Source of the DNA: Candidatus Moraniibacteriota bacterium
Lineage (GTDB): Bacteria; Patescibacteriota; Minisyncoccia; Moranbacterales; UBA1568
NCBI GenBank assembly: GCA_018061645.1
Contig: JAGOTT010000002.1
Location: forward strand, 23,842-87,841
Direction: 5' to 3'
DNA: 64,000 nucleotides
The stretch's first letter is position 1; every line of letters starts with the position of its first letter. Shown piece after piece: positions 8,738 to 17,940 of this stretch. Under the pieces are notes generated by a model. It made no database searches and had not been told where the DNA came from. It worked only from the letters and a program-made list of their open reading frames with translations. The translations under genes and the position numbers were made by a program.

Positions 8738-9820
8738 ATGGAATCGAGGGCATTCCCCCTGAAGGAGCAGGTATCGAATAATATGGATGGTATCATCGGG
8801 ACGCGCGGCTCTGCCGGGTCATTTCTTCGTGCTTCTTCCTGTGCGGAGACGATCCCTTCGGTCCGCTCCGTCATCTTTTCGCGGGGAAAGCGGGCTGCTG
8901 TCGTCTCGTTTTCCGGTGACCGATACCTCTATCCGGCGCAGGCTATAGATTTTCTCGGCGAGCGGCCGCTCTATCTCTCCTCCATGAAGGTCGTCGATGG
9001 TCTGAGGAAGAAGGGATTTGTTCCGTCTTCTGGAGTGTCGCGTCCGTCCGTCGCTCTTGTCGCTCCGTCCAAAGAGGCTTTTGCTGCGGTCGAGGAAAGC
9101 TTCAGGAATTTCGGTGCGGATCTTTCCGCCGGGTTTTCCGGGTTCCGATTCGGAATCTCTTCGGGAAAACTGGCCTACGCCCCGCTTATCGGCGCGATGG
9201 CGCTCGGGATGGTGTCGGCGCTCTCGCTCGAACATTCTTTCGGACAAGGGGCTACGGCGGAAGAAGCGCGTATCGTCTATGTCGAGAGGACAGGATCGGA
9301 ATCCGTTCTGGGATCGGAAGACGGAAAGAACCGACTGCTCGATACGGAGGAGTTGCTTACCGGGCTTGTCGCGGAGGATCCCGATAAGAAAGAATTCGAG
9401 AACCGTGTGCGGAAACTGGTGAAGGGATATCCGATAGAAGACATGATTCCCTATATCATCGAGAAGGATCGGACAGTCGCGATGTTTTTGGTGGCAATCG
9501 CGAAGAAGGAGAGCGATTGGGGGAAACGCGTTCCGGTGCTCGAAGGACAGGACTGTTTCAATTATTGGGGATACCGCGGTATCCGGAAGATGATGGGAAC
9601 CGGGGGGCACACCTGTTTCAATAGTCGGCAGGACGCCGTGAATACCGTCGGGAAACGTCTCGAAACGCTCATCATAACGAACAAGCTCGACACGCCGGCG
9701 GATCTCATCCTCTGGAAGTGCGGCTCGTCGTGTGCGGGGCATAGCTCCTACAGCGTGCAGAAATGGATCGCGGACGTCGATCTCTATTATCGGAAACTTA
9801 ACGACGAAGGGAAAGAGTGA
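8738..9820 (+). CDS. membrane-anchored protein, paralogue A; C-terminal domain with AKKESDWGKR motif (possible lysozyme/glucosaminidase-like wall hydrolase)
   Basis: Shares a ~150-aa C-terminal domain with 9994..10773 (AKKESDWGKRVP...DCFNYWGY...WKCGSSCAGHS...KWIADVDLYYRKL). Confidence 0.6.
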   Translation: MESRAFPLKEQVSNNMDGIIGTRGSAGSFLRASSCAETIPSVRSVIFSRGKRAAVVSFSGDRYLYPAQAIDFLGERPLYLSSMKVVDGLRKKGFVPSSGVSRPSVALVAPSKEAFAAVEESFRNFGADLSAGFSGFRFGISSGKLAYAPLIGAMALGMVSALSLEHSFGQGATAEEARIVYVERTGSESVLGSEDGKNRLLDTEELLTGLVAEDPDKKEFENRVRKLVKGYPIEDMIPYIIEKDRTVAMFLVAIAKKESDWGKRVPVLEGQDCFNYWGYRGIRKMMGTGGHTCFNSRQDAVNTVGKRLETLIITNKLDTPADLILWKCGSSCAGHSSYSVQKWIADVDLYYRKLNDEGKE

Positions 9821-9905
9821 TTGTTCCTTGAGTTATTTTTTAATGGCTGGCGGCGGGGGAATCCTCGCTTTTTGCTTTAGATAAAGAAAATTTTATGAAA
9901 ATCCT

Positions 9906-9934
9906 TTGACGATTTGCCAAAAAAACGATATGAT
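9906..9934 (+). promoter_or_regulatory. sigma70-like promoter TTGACG-17-TATGAT for 9994..10773
   Basis: cctTTGACGatttgccaaaaaaacgaTATGATagg. Confidence 0.4.
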
Positions 9935-9993
9935 AGGAAGTGCATTCTTGCAGAAAAGGAGGGCTGGAGGGCTCTAATGACTAACAGCCATGT

Positions 9994-10773
9994 ATGCAGG
10001 ATATCGATTCGGTGACAGTGGAAGAGGAAGGAAATAAACGCAGAAGACAATCAAAAAAAAGTTATTCATCGGGACGCCTCCGGCAGGCGCTTTTTCTTTC
10101 AGGGGCAGCGCTCTTCGTGTTCGGCTCGGCTTTCGCTTTTGCGCGGGAATCAGAAGGGGTAGATGAATCGAATCGCGGAAGTGATTCTTCGGAGGAAAGT
10201 CTGAAAGAGTTATGTCTTTTCAGACTCGAACAGGAACTCTGGGAGTCGTTCGGGGGAAATCGGAATCCATCAGGTGCTCGGACGGACGCGATACGGAACT
10301 GTGAAGAAATCGTTTCCGGAAAGGACATCTTCGTGTCGAACGATCGGAGCGAACTCGAAGCGGAAATCCGCGCTCTTGTTTCCGGGTATCCGATCGAGGC
10401 GATGGCGACTTTCATCGCGTCGTATGACCGGGAAATCGCCGCGCTTCTTATCGGTATCGCGAAAAAGGAGTCGGATTGGGGGAAGCGCGTGCCTTTGGAC
10501 GATGTCGGGAAGGACTGCTTCAATTACTGGGGATACAAGGGGGCAGGATCGCGGGGTATCGGTATGGGACACGGATGTTTCGGGAGTCCGGAGGAAGCGG
10601 TGTCCACAGTGGGAAACCGTCTCGCGGAGCTCGTCGCGATCAGGAATACGAGCGATCCGGCGAACATGATCATCTGGAAGTGCGGCTCGTCGTGCGCGGG
10701 ACACAGTCCGGAGAGTGTCCGGAAATGGATCGCCGATGTGGATCTGTACTATCGGAAACTCGCGCGGTCGTAG
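9994..10773 (+). CDS. membrane-anchored protein, paralogue B of 8738..9820
   Basis: Signal/TM N-terminus and the same conserved C-terminal domain. TAG stop. Confidence 0.6.
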   Translation: MQDIDSVTVEEEGNKRRRQSKKSYSSGRLRQALFLSGAALFVFGSAFAFARESEGVDESNRGSDSSEESLKELCLFRLEQELWESFGGNRNPSGARTDAIRNCEEIVSGKDIFVSNDRSELEAEIRALVSGYPIEAMATFIASYDREIAALLIGIAKKESDWGKRVPLDDVGKDCFNYWGYKGAGSRGIGMGHGCFGSPEEAVSTVGNRLAELVAIRNTSDPANMIIWKCGSSCAGHSPESVRKWIADVDLYYRKLARS

Positions 10774-10780
10774 ACATTGG

Positions 10781-10808
10781 AACGCTCCTTCGGGGGCGTT
10801 TTTATTTT
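10781..10808 (+). terminator. rho-independent terminator (AACGCTCC-UUCG-GGGGCGTT + T-run)
   Basis: ggaacgctccttcgggggcgtttttatttt. Confidence 0.5.
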
Positions 10809-10835
10809 GAAAGACTATCCCGAGTTTTCCGGCAG

Positions 10836-10863
10836 TTGCAAAAAAAAACGATAGTGGGATAAT
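10836..10863 (+). promoter_or_regulatory. promoter TTGCAA-16-TGgGATAAT (extended -10), duplicated upstream of both Gly-rich paralogues
   Basis: atcccgagttttccggcagTTGCAAaaaaaaacgatagTGgGATAAT. The same ~50 nt is present at 58606-58655. Confidence 0.45.
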
Positions 10864-10986
10864 GATGGGAGAATCGCAGAATGAAGAATGATGATTGAAG
10901 AATTGAAGACTCCTATTTTAAAATCTGCAATCCACGATCCTCATTCATCATTCCGCGTAAACCAAAAACAGGCTAACAAAACGTCT

Positions 10987-12174
10987 ATGCGAAAAGGCAA
11001 CACGCTTCTCTATTGGGTGAAGGTCGTCTCCCTCGGTCTCATCCTCGGCCTCGGTCTCCAGTTCGCCTAGGCCTGGACCGCTCCATCCGCCCTTCCTCCC
11101 GGAGGCAACGTCGCAGGACCGGTGACGCTCGGAGCCGGCGCCCAGTACAAGCTCGGACGCCTCGGCGTGAACTCGAATGTCGCCCCGATCAACGCCCTCG
11201 AAGTCGGAGGCGGAGGCAACGCGCTCATCGGAGGAAACGCCTACGTGAGCGGCAGTGTCGGTATCGGTACCGCGGCTCCCACCGCCTATCTTCACGTACA
11301 GAAACCGTACGATCCCGGAACCCCGCTTTTCATCGCCACCAACTCATCGAACGACAACGGGTTCCGCGTCGGAGGACTCGGTCTCACCAGTCTCGGCAAC
11401 CATGCCGCTTCCGACGGTTCTCCCGCCGCATGGCTCAATGTCAAGGCGGAATCATCCGTCGGAAAACCGCTCATTCTCGGAACGAACGACGGAGCCGATC
11501 GGTTCCGTGTCGGAGGCGCGGGAAAAGTCGAGGCCTTCGGAGCCAGTGCCGACTTCTGTCTCGACAGGGGATCCGGTGCGACGTGTCTTTCGACCGTGGG
11601 CGGAGGGGGCGGATCGGGGACGGTGACGAGCGTTGGGACGGGTTCGGGCCTCACGGGAGGACCGATTACGGGGACGGGGACGATCGGCATCAATACGACA
11701 GGAATTTCCACTTGTACGGGAGGAAGTCAAAATATCGTCTGGGATGCATCCAATAGCCGCTTCAAATGCGAGACGGATGACACCGGCGTCAAGAGTTTTT
11801 CCTGTCCGTCCGGACAGGTAGTTTCCGGATTTGATGCCTCGGGAAACCCAATCTGCGTGAGTCATGTAAGCAGTCCGTTGAAAGGGTATTCGATGGGATG
11901 GGATGTCACTAACAGTCTCTATTATATAAGCGTAAGAACGCCAGCAGGTTTTTTGTCGCCGCGTTGTGGCTGTGATACGCGAATTGAAAACCTTCCGTCT
12001 GGTACTGGTACGACTGATTGTGGTGTTGTGGCTACTAGTAACGGTAAAGGTACAGCTGTTGCTGGGGGCAAATTTGGTTTTCATCAGGCAGACGTCGGTC
12101 CTGTGTGTTATGACCAGATACATGCTCCGTTTTCAAATGGCAATCGATCGATTCCATATTATAGGCTTGATTAA
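10987..12174 (+). pseudogene. glycine-rich secreted protein paralogue interrupted by in-frame TAG (11068-11070) at the signal-peptidase site
   Basis: ORFs 10888..11070 and 11122..12174 are in the same frame, separated only by TAG. Reads ...VKVVSLGLILGLGLQFA*AWTAPSALPPGGNVAGP..., against ...LKVVSLGLILGFGLQFAQAWTAPTQAPPGGNVSGP... in 58723..60069. Confidence 0.5.
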
Positions 12175-12292
12175 GCATATTTAAGATTCTTTGGTATAAT
12201 TCATAGCGTAATCAAAAAAATTGCGCCACGAATACTACTAACGAACAGTGAGGAACTCCTGTTTCCATGCTCGCAACTCTCCTGAAAATGGA

Positions 12293-12697
12293 ATGCTGAG
12301 TTTGTTTGCGAAAAATCCAGTTCAAAATCGTATCGTTCTTTACGTGCTTGGGATTTTCCTTACCATCATCATTTTGTGGGGTGTGTTTCATATGAAAATC
12401 TTGACTGATATGACTGTGCGGATAATGGATAAGGAAGTAGCGGTTCCGGTCAGACAGACTCTTTCGCAGGGGAAAACGATTCAGGGAAACATCGAAACAT
12501 CGGCGAAAGAAGAAAACGGAGTAGCGTCATTGACCGGAGAAGAGACTCACGTGCGACTCGAAAATTTGATGGCGGAAGAAGGCGATACGGCATCGCTGAC
12601 CGAAGAAGAGGTTCGTGCGAAGCTTGAAATGGTGCCGTCACCGGAATACGCGGAAGAACATGATGCGGATCATACCCACCAGCCGGATGTTAAGTAG
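12293..12697 (+). CDS. small single-TM protein with acidic C-terminal domain
   Basis: MLSLFAKNPVQNRIVLYVLGIFLTIIILWGV TM segment. Position is analogous to 60190..60564 downstream of the other Gly-rich paralogue. Confidence 0.4.
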   Translation: MLSLFAKNPVQNRIVLYVLGIFLTIIILWGVFHMKILTDMTVRIMDKEVAVPVRQTLSQGKTIQGNIETSAKEENGVASLTGEETHVRLENLMAEEGDTASLTEEEVRAKLEMVPSPEYAEEHDADHTHQPDVK

Positions 12698-12782
12698 GAT
12701 AAGCGCCTGCGTAAAACGCGCGGTATAACGGGAGCATTTACTTCCGTTTTCGTTTTCTTTCGGGATAGGGTAGAATGGAAGC

Positions 12783-13724
12783 ATGTCATGGATACTCGTC
12801 GCACTCTCGGGATATCTTTTCAACGCGCTCGCCGCGCTCTTCGACAAGTTCCTTCTTTCGGAGAATCGCATTGGCTCGCCGGCACTTTACGCGTTCTACA
12901 CATCGCTCGTGTCGCTCTTCGCAGTCGTGCTCATCCCATTCGGATTCGTTTTCGCGATTCCGAAAGCCATGTTTCTCGGCTTTTTTTCCGGGTTCCTGTT
13001 TCTTCTCGGACTCGTCGCCTTTTACGAATCCGTGAAACGGAGCGAGGTGTCGCGCGCGGCGCCTTTGGTCGGTGTCTCGGTGGTCGGTTTTCTTTTTCTT
13101 GTCTCGCTTCTCCTCGGAATCTCCTCCGGGCAACTGTTTCATGTGACGGATGTGATGGCGCTCGGGCTGCTCGTCGCCGGAAGCTTCGCACTTTCCAAGC
13201 ACACCGGTTCGAAGCGTGATCCGCTGTTCGCCCGGTATGTACTCGTCGCCGGCGCGCTTATGGCGGCGTCGCTCATCGTCCTCAAGGAGACGTACGTACT
13301 TTCCAATTTCTCGAGCGGATTCGTCTGGTCGAGACTTGGTATGTTCCTGACCGGCATGAGCTTTCTCCTGTTCCCCTTGTTTCGCGAGCAGATATTTTCC
13401 GGGGGTGAGCGCCATGCGAAGCCGACGAAACGCAATTTCGGAACGGCGACGTATTTCTTCCTGAACAAGGCGTTCGGAGGCGCCGGAGCGTTCCTGATCG
13501 CCTACGCGGTATCGCTCGGACCGGTCACGTTCATACAGGGGCTTTCGGGCACGCAGTTCGCTTTCCTGTTTCTGCTCGTCATTCCACTTTCCTTCCGTTA
13601 CCCGCACATTTTCGAAGAGAGACTTGATCGGATCGGACTTGTCGAGAAGGTGTTCGGCATCATACTCCTGTCACTCGGCGTCTTTCTCGCGGCCTCGAGC
13701 GGAAACCTGAAAGGATTTTTATAA
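12783..13724 (+). CDS. polytopic membrane protein (about 10 TM; DMT/EamA-like?)
   Basis: Hydrophobic helices throughout. The long antisense ORF 12786..13607 is rejected. Confidence 0.5.
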   Translation: MSWILVALSGYLFNALAALFDKFLLSENRIGSPALYAFYTSLVSLFAVVLIPFGFVFAIPKAMFLGFFSGFLFLLGLVAFYESVKRSEVSRAAPLVGVSVVGFLFLVSLLLGISSGQLFHVTDVMALGLLVAGSFALSKHTGSKRDPLFARYVLVAGALMAASLIVLKETYVLSNFSSGFVWSRLGMFLTGMSFLLFPLFREQIFSGGERHAKPTKRNFGTATYFFLNKAFGGAGAFLIAYAVSLGPVTFIQGLSGTQFAFLFLLVIPLSFRYPHIFEERLDRIGLVEKVFGIILLSLGVFLAASSGNLKGFL

Positions 13725-13786
13725 AGCTTGTATCGCAGTTTTGATTATTGGAATTCGAAACTTTTTTGGTGATTGGAGCTTGGTAA

Positions 13787-14863
13787 TTGGTTATTGCTGA
13801 ATGTATGTGGCGGATACTTCCTCTTTTGAAAATTATCGGAGTTTTCCTCCTCACGGTATTATTCGTCATTTCCGGATTTTTTGTGTATTTCAATCTGGAA
13901 GGTCCGGAACCACGCGAAGACGTGGAACTCGGCGTGACGTTCTCATATCGGTATGCCGAGTCGCTCGGACTCGATTGGAAGGAGGCCTATGTCGCGATGC
14001 TTGACGATCTCGGTGTTCGGAAACTCCGCATCCCGGTGTACTGGGATCTCGTGGAGAATGATCGCGGTTCATATGACTATTCCGCGGTCGATTGGCAGCT
14101 CGACGAGGCGAGGAGTCGCGGGGCGGAAGTCATCCTGTCCATGGGGCAGCGCGTGCCACGGTGGCCGGAATGTCATATTCCCGGATGGGTGAAGGAGAAT
14201 GGGACCGAATCGTATCGCGAAGCGGAGCTCCTTGGATTTCTCGAGCGGACCATGAGACGGTATATGGAGCGGGAAGAAATCGTCACGTGGCAGATCGAAA
14301 ACGAGCCATTTCTCGTCTTTTTCGGGGAGTGTCCGCCGCTTCGGAGAGGGTTTCTCGACGAGGAGATCGTACTCGTGAAAAGAATCGATCCGTCGAGGCC
14401 GGTCATGCTGACCGATTCCGGGGAATTGTCGATCTGGCTTCCTGCCGCCAAGCGTGCCGATATCTTCGGAACGACGATGTACCGGAAGATATTCAAGCCG
14501 GGATTCGGGTATTTCACGTATCCGCTCGGACCGAATTTCTTCCTTTTCAAGGAGACATTCGTTCGGCTTCTGTCCGATCAGGAACGATTTGTGGTCATCG
14601 AGCTCCAAGCCGAGCCGTGGGCAAGCGGATGGGTCGCGGATGTGCCGATAGCAGAACAATTCCGGACGATGAACCCGGATCTTCTCAGGCAGAATGTGGA
14701 ATATGCGAAGCGAGTCGGTTTTCCGGAGGTATATTTGTGGGGGGTGGAGTGGTGGTATTGGCTCCGGGAGAAGCATGATATGCCGGAGACATGGGATGCC
14801 GCCCGGGAGCTCTTCCGTGATTCCGGTGAAAACGGTATACTTGGAGAAGGAAATAAAACATAG
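13787..14863 (+). CDS. membrane-anchored putative glycoside hydrolase (TIM-barrel, cellulase-like fold)
   Basis: N-terminal TM, then LRIPVYWDLVE...WQIENEP resembling a GH5-type NEP catalytic motif. Confidence 0.5.
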   Translation: MVIAECMWRILPLLKIIGVFLLTVLFVISGFFVYFNLEGPEPREDVELGVTFSYRYAESLGLDWKEAYVAMLDDLGVRKLRIPVYWDLVENDRGSYDYSAVDWQLDEARSRGAEVILSMGQRVPRWPECHIPGWVKENGTESYREAELLGFLERTMRRYMEREEIVTWQIENEPFLVFFGECPPLRRGFLDEEIVLVKRIDPSRPVMLTDSGELSIWLPAAKRADIFGTTMYRKIFKPGFGYFTYPLGPNFFLFKETFVRLLSDQERFVVIELQAEPWASGWVADVPIAEQFRTMNPDLLRQNVEYAKRVGFPEVYLWGVEWWYWLREKHDMPETWDAARELFRDSGENGILGEGNKT

Positions 14864-14868
14864 TTGCT

Positions 14869-16482
14869 ATGAAAATAAAAATCATCTTCTCGTTCCTTTC
14901 GGCGGTATTCTTTACGCTTGGAATGCTCTTTATTTCCATGGACGGGCGCTTGGGAGAGGTTCTCGGCGATACGACATTGTCGACTGGGCTGCAGGGCGAT
15001 AACCAGATCGTCGGAGCGGACTCGCCAGGAACGGTTACAGCACTTCTCGCACCCGAACTGGTCGGTTCGCTCACAGGTCCGACATCGGTCAGATTGAATT
15101 GGACCCGACCGGCAAACGCTTCCGGGACGGTCACATACAAGATCAAGCGAAACGGAACACCCATCAAAACCTTCACGGATGTGCTCTCGTATGAGGATGT
15201 CGGTCTGAACCCGGGATCGAAATACGAATATGCCGTGTGGGCGGGAGACTCTGCGGGGAGAACCTCGAAAAGCGCCGTGTTCGAAGCGACGATTCCCGCT
15301 CCTGTCGGGGCACCTTCGGAAACAGCGTCGTCTACCGGAATCGTTTCCGAATCGAATCAGTCGGATACGATTGCGGATGTATCGCTTTCCGTTCCGGCGT
15401 TGAGCGGTTCGCTCACAGGTCCGACATCGGTCAGATTGAATTGGACCCGACCGGCAAACGCTTCCGGGACGGTCACATACAAGATCAAGCGAAACGGAAC
15501 ACCCATCAAAACCTTTACGGATGCGCTCTCGTATGAGGATGTCGGTCTGAACCCGGGATCGAAATACGAATATGCCGTGTGGGCGGGAGACTCAGTAGGA
15601 AGAGTCGTTCAGGCGTCACCGGTCAACATCATACTTCCGAAACCGGTACTGCCGGCTGTAAATGCCGTATCGGAATCGGCTTCGCCGGTTTCCGGCTCGA
15701 AGACGACCTATTCGGATTCCGGTTATCAGAAAAGTGCATCCGCTTCGACCGATGCCACGAAAGCTCCTTTGCCGGGGCAGGAAGAGAGGGATATTGATCC
15801 GTCGAGCGTCGTCACCTTGTCTGACCGTGATTCCGACCGTGATGGTCTGCCGGATGCCGAAGAAATCCGGGTAGGATCGGATCCGTTCGGTGTGGATACG
15901 GACGGTGACGGTTTTCCGGACGGTGAAGAGGTGAAAAGAGGTTTTAATCCGCTGAAATCGGCCACGAGCGATCGTGGCGATAAGGTCGTATTCGAATCTC
16001 CGAAGGAAAAACGGATATCGAAAGCCTCCGTCGAGGATCGCCGGCTTCGGGTTGAAAAAGTCGAGCGTGTGGTCCGTGAAAACGGGGGTGTCGGTACGAA
16101 AATCTCCGGGAAAGGAATTCCGAACACTTTTCTGACAGTCTACATCTACAGCGATCCCATCGTCGTGACCGTGAAGGCCGATGAGAACGGGAATTGGTCA
16201 TATGAACTCGATCGGGACCTTGAAGACGGAAATCATGAGGTGTATGTGGCCGTCACGGACGCTACCGGACGCATTTCTTCCCAATCAAGTCCGATTCCGT
16301 TCGTGAAGACGGCGCAGGCCATCAGCATCGGTTCCGTTTCCGACATGGAACGAGCGATAGAGGGAAATCGGTCGCCGGTCGAACGCGCCGGAGGCCAATT
16401 CATTTTTTTCGGCATCGCGATAGTGATTATGTTCCTTCTCGGTGCATTCTACTTCATCGGGCATAGGGCCTTTTCAGATTGA
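14869..16482 (+). CDS. surface protein with duplicated FN3-like modules, thrombospondin type-3 Ca-binding repeats and C-terminal TM anchor
   Basis: Signal peptide, two identical LTGPTSVRLNWTRPANASGTVTYKIKRNGTPIKTFTD modules, DSDRDGLPDAEE/DTDGDGFPDGEE repeats, and a C-terminal hydrophobic helix. Confidence 0.65.
   Translation: MKIKIIFSFLSAVFFTLGMLFISMDGRLGEVLGDTTLSTGLQGDNQIVGADSPGTVTALLAPELVGSLTGPTSVRLNWTRPANASGTVTYKIKRNGTPIKTFTDVLSYEDVGLNPGSKYEYAVWAGDSAGRTSKSAVFEATIPAPVGAPSETASSTGIVSESNQSDTIADVSLSVPALSGSLTGPTSVRLNWTRPANASGTVTYKIKRNGTPIKTFTDALSYEDVGLNPGSKYEYAVWAGDSVGRVVQASPVNIILPKPVLPAVNAVSESASPVSGSKTTYSDSGYQKSASASTDATKAPLPGQEERDIDPSSVVTLSDRDSDRDGLPDAEEIRVGSDPFGVDTDGDGFPDGEEVKRGFNPLKSATSDRGDKVVFESPKEKRISKASVEDRRLRVEKVERVVRENGGVGTKISGKGIPNTFLTVYIYSDPIVVTVKADENGNWSYELDRDLEDGNHEVYVAVTDATGRISSQSSPIPFVKTAQAISIGSVSDMERAIEGNRSPVERAGGQFIFFGIAIVIMFLLGAFYFIGHRAFSD
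15064..15593 (+). repeat. two ~188-nt near-identical tandem copies (15064-15251 and 15406-15593, period 342 nt)
   Basis: Only 2 mismatches between the copies. Each encodes an FN3-like module. Confidence 0.85.
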
Positions 16483-17846
16483 TAAGATCGGAAATCATGA
16501 AGAAACCAGTATCGACTTTTTCAAAAGGAGTCGCGTTCGTGCGACGGAATCCATCAGTCTTTTATTCGCTGTTTCTTATCATCGTGGTCGTCGGGGTGAT
16601 ATTCTGGAACAGTTACTATTCCCTCGGGAAATTCCAGAAAAGTACCGACAGCCTTTTGCAGGGGAGCGCGCTTCTTTCGGAACGGCTATTCGGGGTTTTC
16701 GCGGAAGATCTGATCCGTGATCCCGAAAAACTTTCCGAAAAAGTCGGAAGGATCCTCAGGGAGAATCCGAACGTGTCGAACATCGTCGTGCTCGAGAAAT
16801 CCGGTGAAGACGGGTTCAGGGTGACGACTTCGACGAATCCGGATGATATGGGCAGGATCGTGGACGATCCGTTCTATTTTCTCGCCTGGAGCCAGGAGGA
16901 GGGCGTGGCATTCCTCGGTAACGAGAGCGGGGAACGGTTCTGGAACGTACTCAAGCAGATCCGGAGCGGATCCGGAGAGAAGATCGGTCTCATTTTTTTC
17001 CAGCTTTCGCTCAGGGAAAACGACGCCTTCATTTCGGAAGAGGTGCGAAAAGTCTACGTTGTCGCCATCACGTCGCTTCTGTTCGTGTTGCTCATACTGG
17101 CGAATCATCTCCGGCTTTTTCGTTATGCCATCCGCGCGGCCGAATTGGAAGAGCTGGATAAGATGAAAGACGATTTCGTGTCCATGGCGAGCCATGAACT
17201 GAAAAGTCCGATCACCATCCTCCGCGGATATGTGGATCTTCTCAAGGAACCGATTCCGGAGCAGGAAGCCAAGAGGTATGTCGCCAGCATGGATGTCACG
17301 CTGGAGCGTCTCTCGACGCTCGTCGAGGATCTCCTGAATGTTTCGCGGCTCGAGCAGAACCGGCTTCCGATAGATGTGAAATCGGTCGGTCTCGAGGAGA
17401 TATTGCGACCGATAGCGGATGATTTCACTGTGCTTGCGAACGAGAAGGAACTTGAATTCTCATACGTCGATACGGATCTGCCCCGGGAAAGCGTTTCGGC
17501 CGACCCGGAACGTATGAAACAGATTCTCGTGAACCTCCTTTCGAATGCGGTGAAGTATACGAAAAAAGGGAAGGTGGAGCTGAAGGTTTCGGAGAAAGGG
17601 GATGATGTGATTGTCACCGTGGCTGACACGGGACTCGGTATATCCGCCGAAGACATGGAACATCTGTTCGGAAAATTCTATCGGGTGAAAAACGTGGATA
17701 CCGAAAAAATCCCGGGAACAGGGCTTGGGCTGTGGATTGCGCGCGAAATCGCTCGGAAAATGGGCGGAGATCTTACGGTGGAAAGCATACAAGGAGTCGG
17801 ATCACACTTCAGTCTCCATCTGAAGAAGGCGAAAACGAGTTCATAA
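16479..17846 (+). CDS. sensor histidine kinase (HisKA + HATPase_c), two N-terminal TM helices
   Basis: H-box MASHELKSPITILRGY and G-boxes GTGLGLWIAREIARKMGGDL. No response regulator is adjacent. Confidence 0.8.
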   Translation: MIRSEIMKKPVSTFSKGVAFVRRNPSVFYSLFLIIVVVGVIFWNSYYSLGKFQKSTDSLLQGSALLSERLFGVFAEDLIRDPEKLSEKVGRILRENPNVSNIVVLEKSGEDGFRVTTSTNPDDMGRIVDDPFYFLAWSQEEGVAFLGNESGERFWNVLKQIRSGSGEKIGLIFFQLSLRENDAFISEEVRKVYVVAITSLLFVLLILANHLRLFRYAIRAAELEELDKMKDDFVSMASHELKSPITILRGYVDLLKEPIPEQEAKRYVASMDVTLERLSTLVEDLLNVSRLEQNRLPIDVKSVGLEEILRPIADDFTVLANEKELEFSYVDTDLPRESVSADPERMKQILVNLLSNAVKYTKKGKVELKVSEKGDDVIVTVADTGLGISAEDMEHLFGKFYRVKNVDTEKIPGTGLGLWIAREIARKMGGDLTVESIQGVGSHFSLHLKKAKTSS

Positions 17847-17870
17847 AGTTTATAAAGTCCGTCAAGTTTA

Positions 17871-17921
17871 CCCTGTGAAATCCCACTCTGTGGGAATCCG
17901 GAGGCGGATTATTTCACAGGG
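17871..17921. other. three-way palindromic element (11-bp outer stem CCCTGTGAAAT/ATTTCACAGGG enclosing two hairpins)
   Basis: ccctgtgaaaTCCCACtctgTGGGAATCCGgagGCGGATTatttcacaggg. No T-run follows. Confidence 0.4.
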
Positions 17922-17940
17922 TGAATAAAGTGAAAGAAGC

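Noticed and set aside
11068-11070. Amber codon reassignment (TAG as Gln) as explanation for the in-frame TAG
   Set aside because: TAG terminates 8291..8710 and 9994..10773 at the expected protein ends. TGA and TAA are also used as stops.
15064-15593. DGR template/variable repeat pair
   Set aside because: The two mismatches are C/T transitions, not adenine-specific. No reverse transcriptase is in the window.
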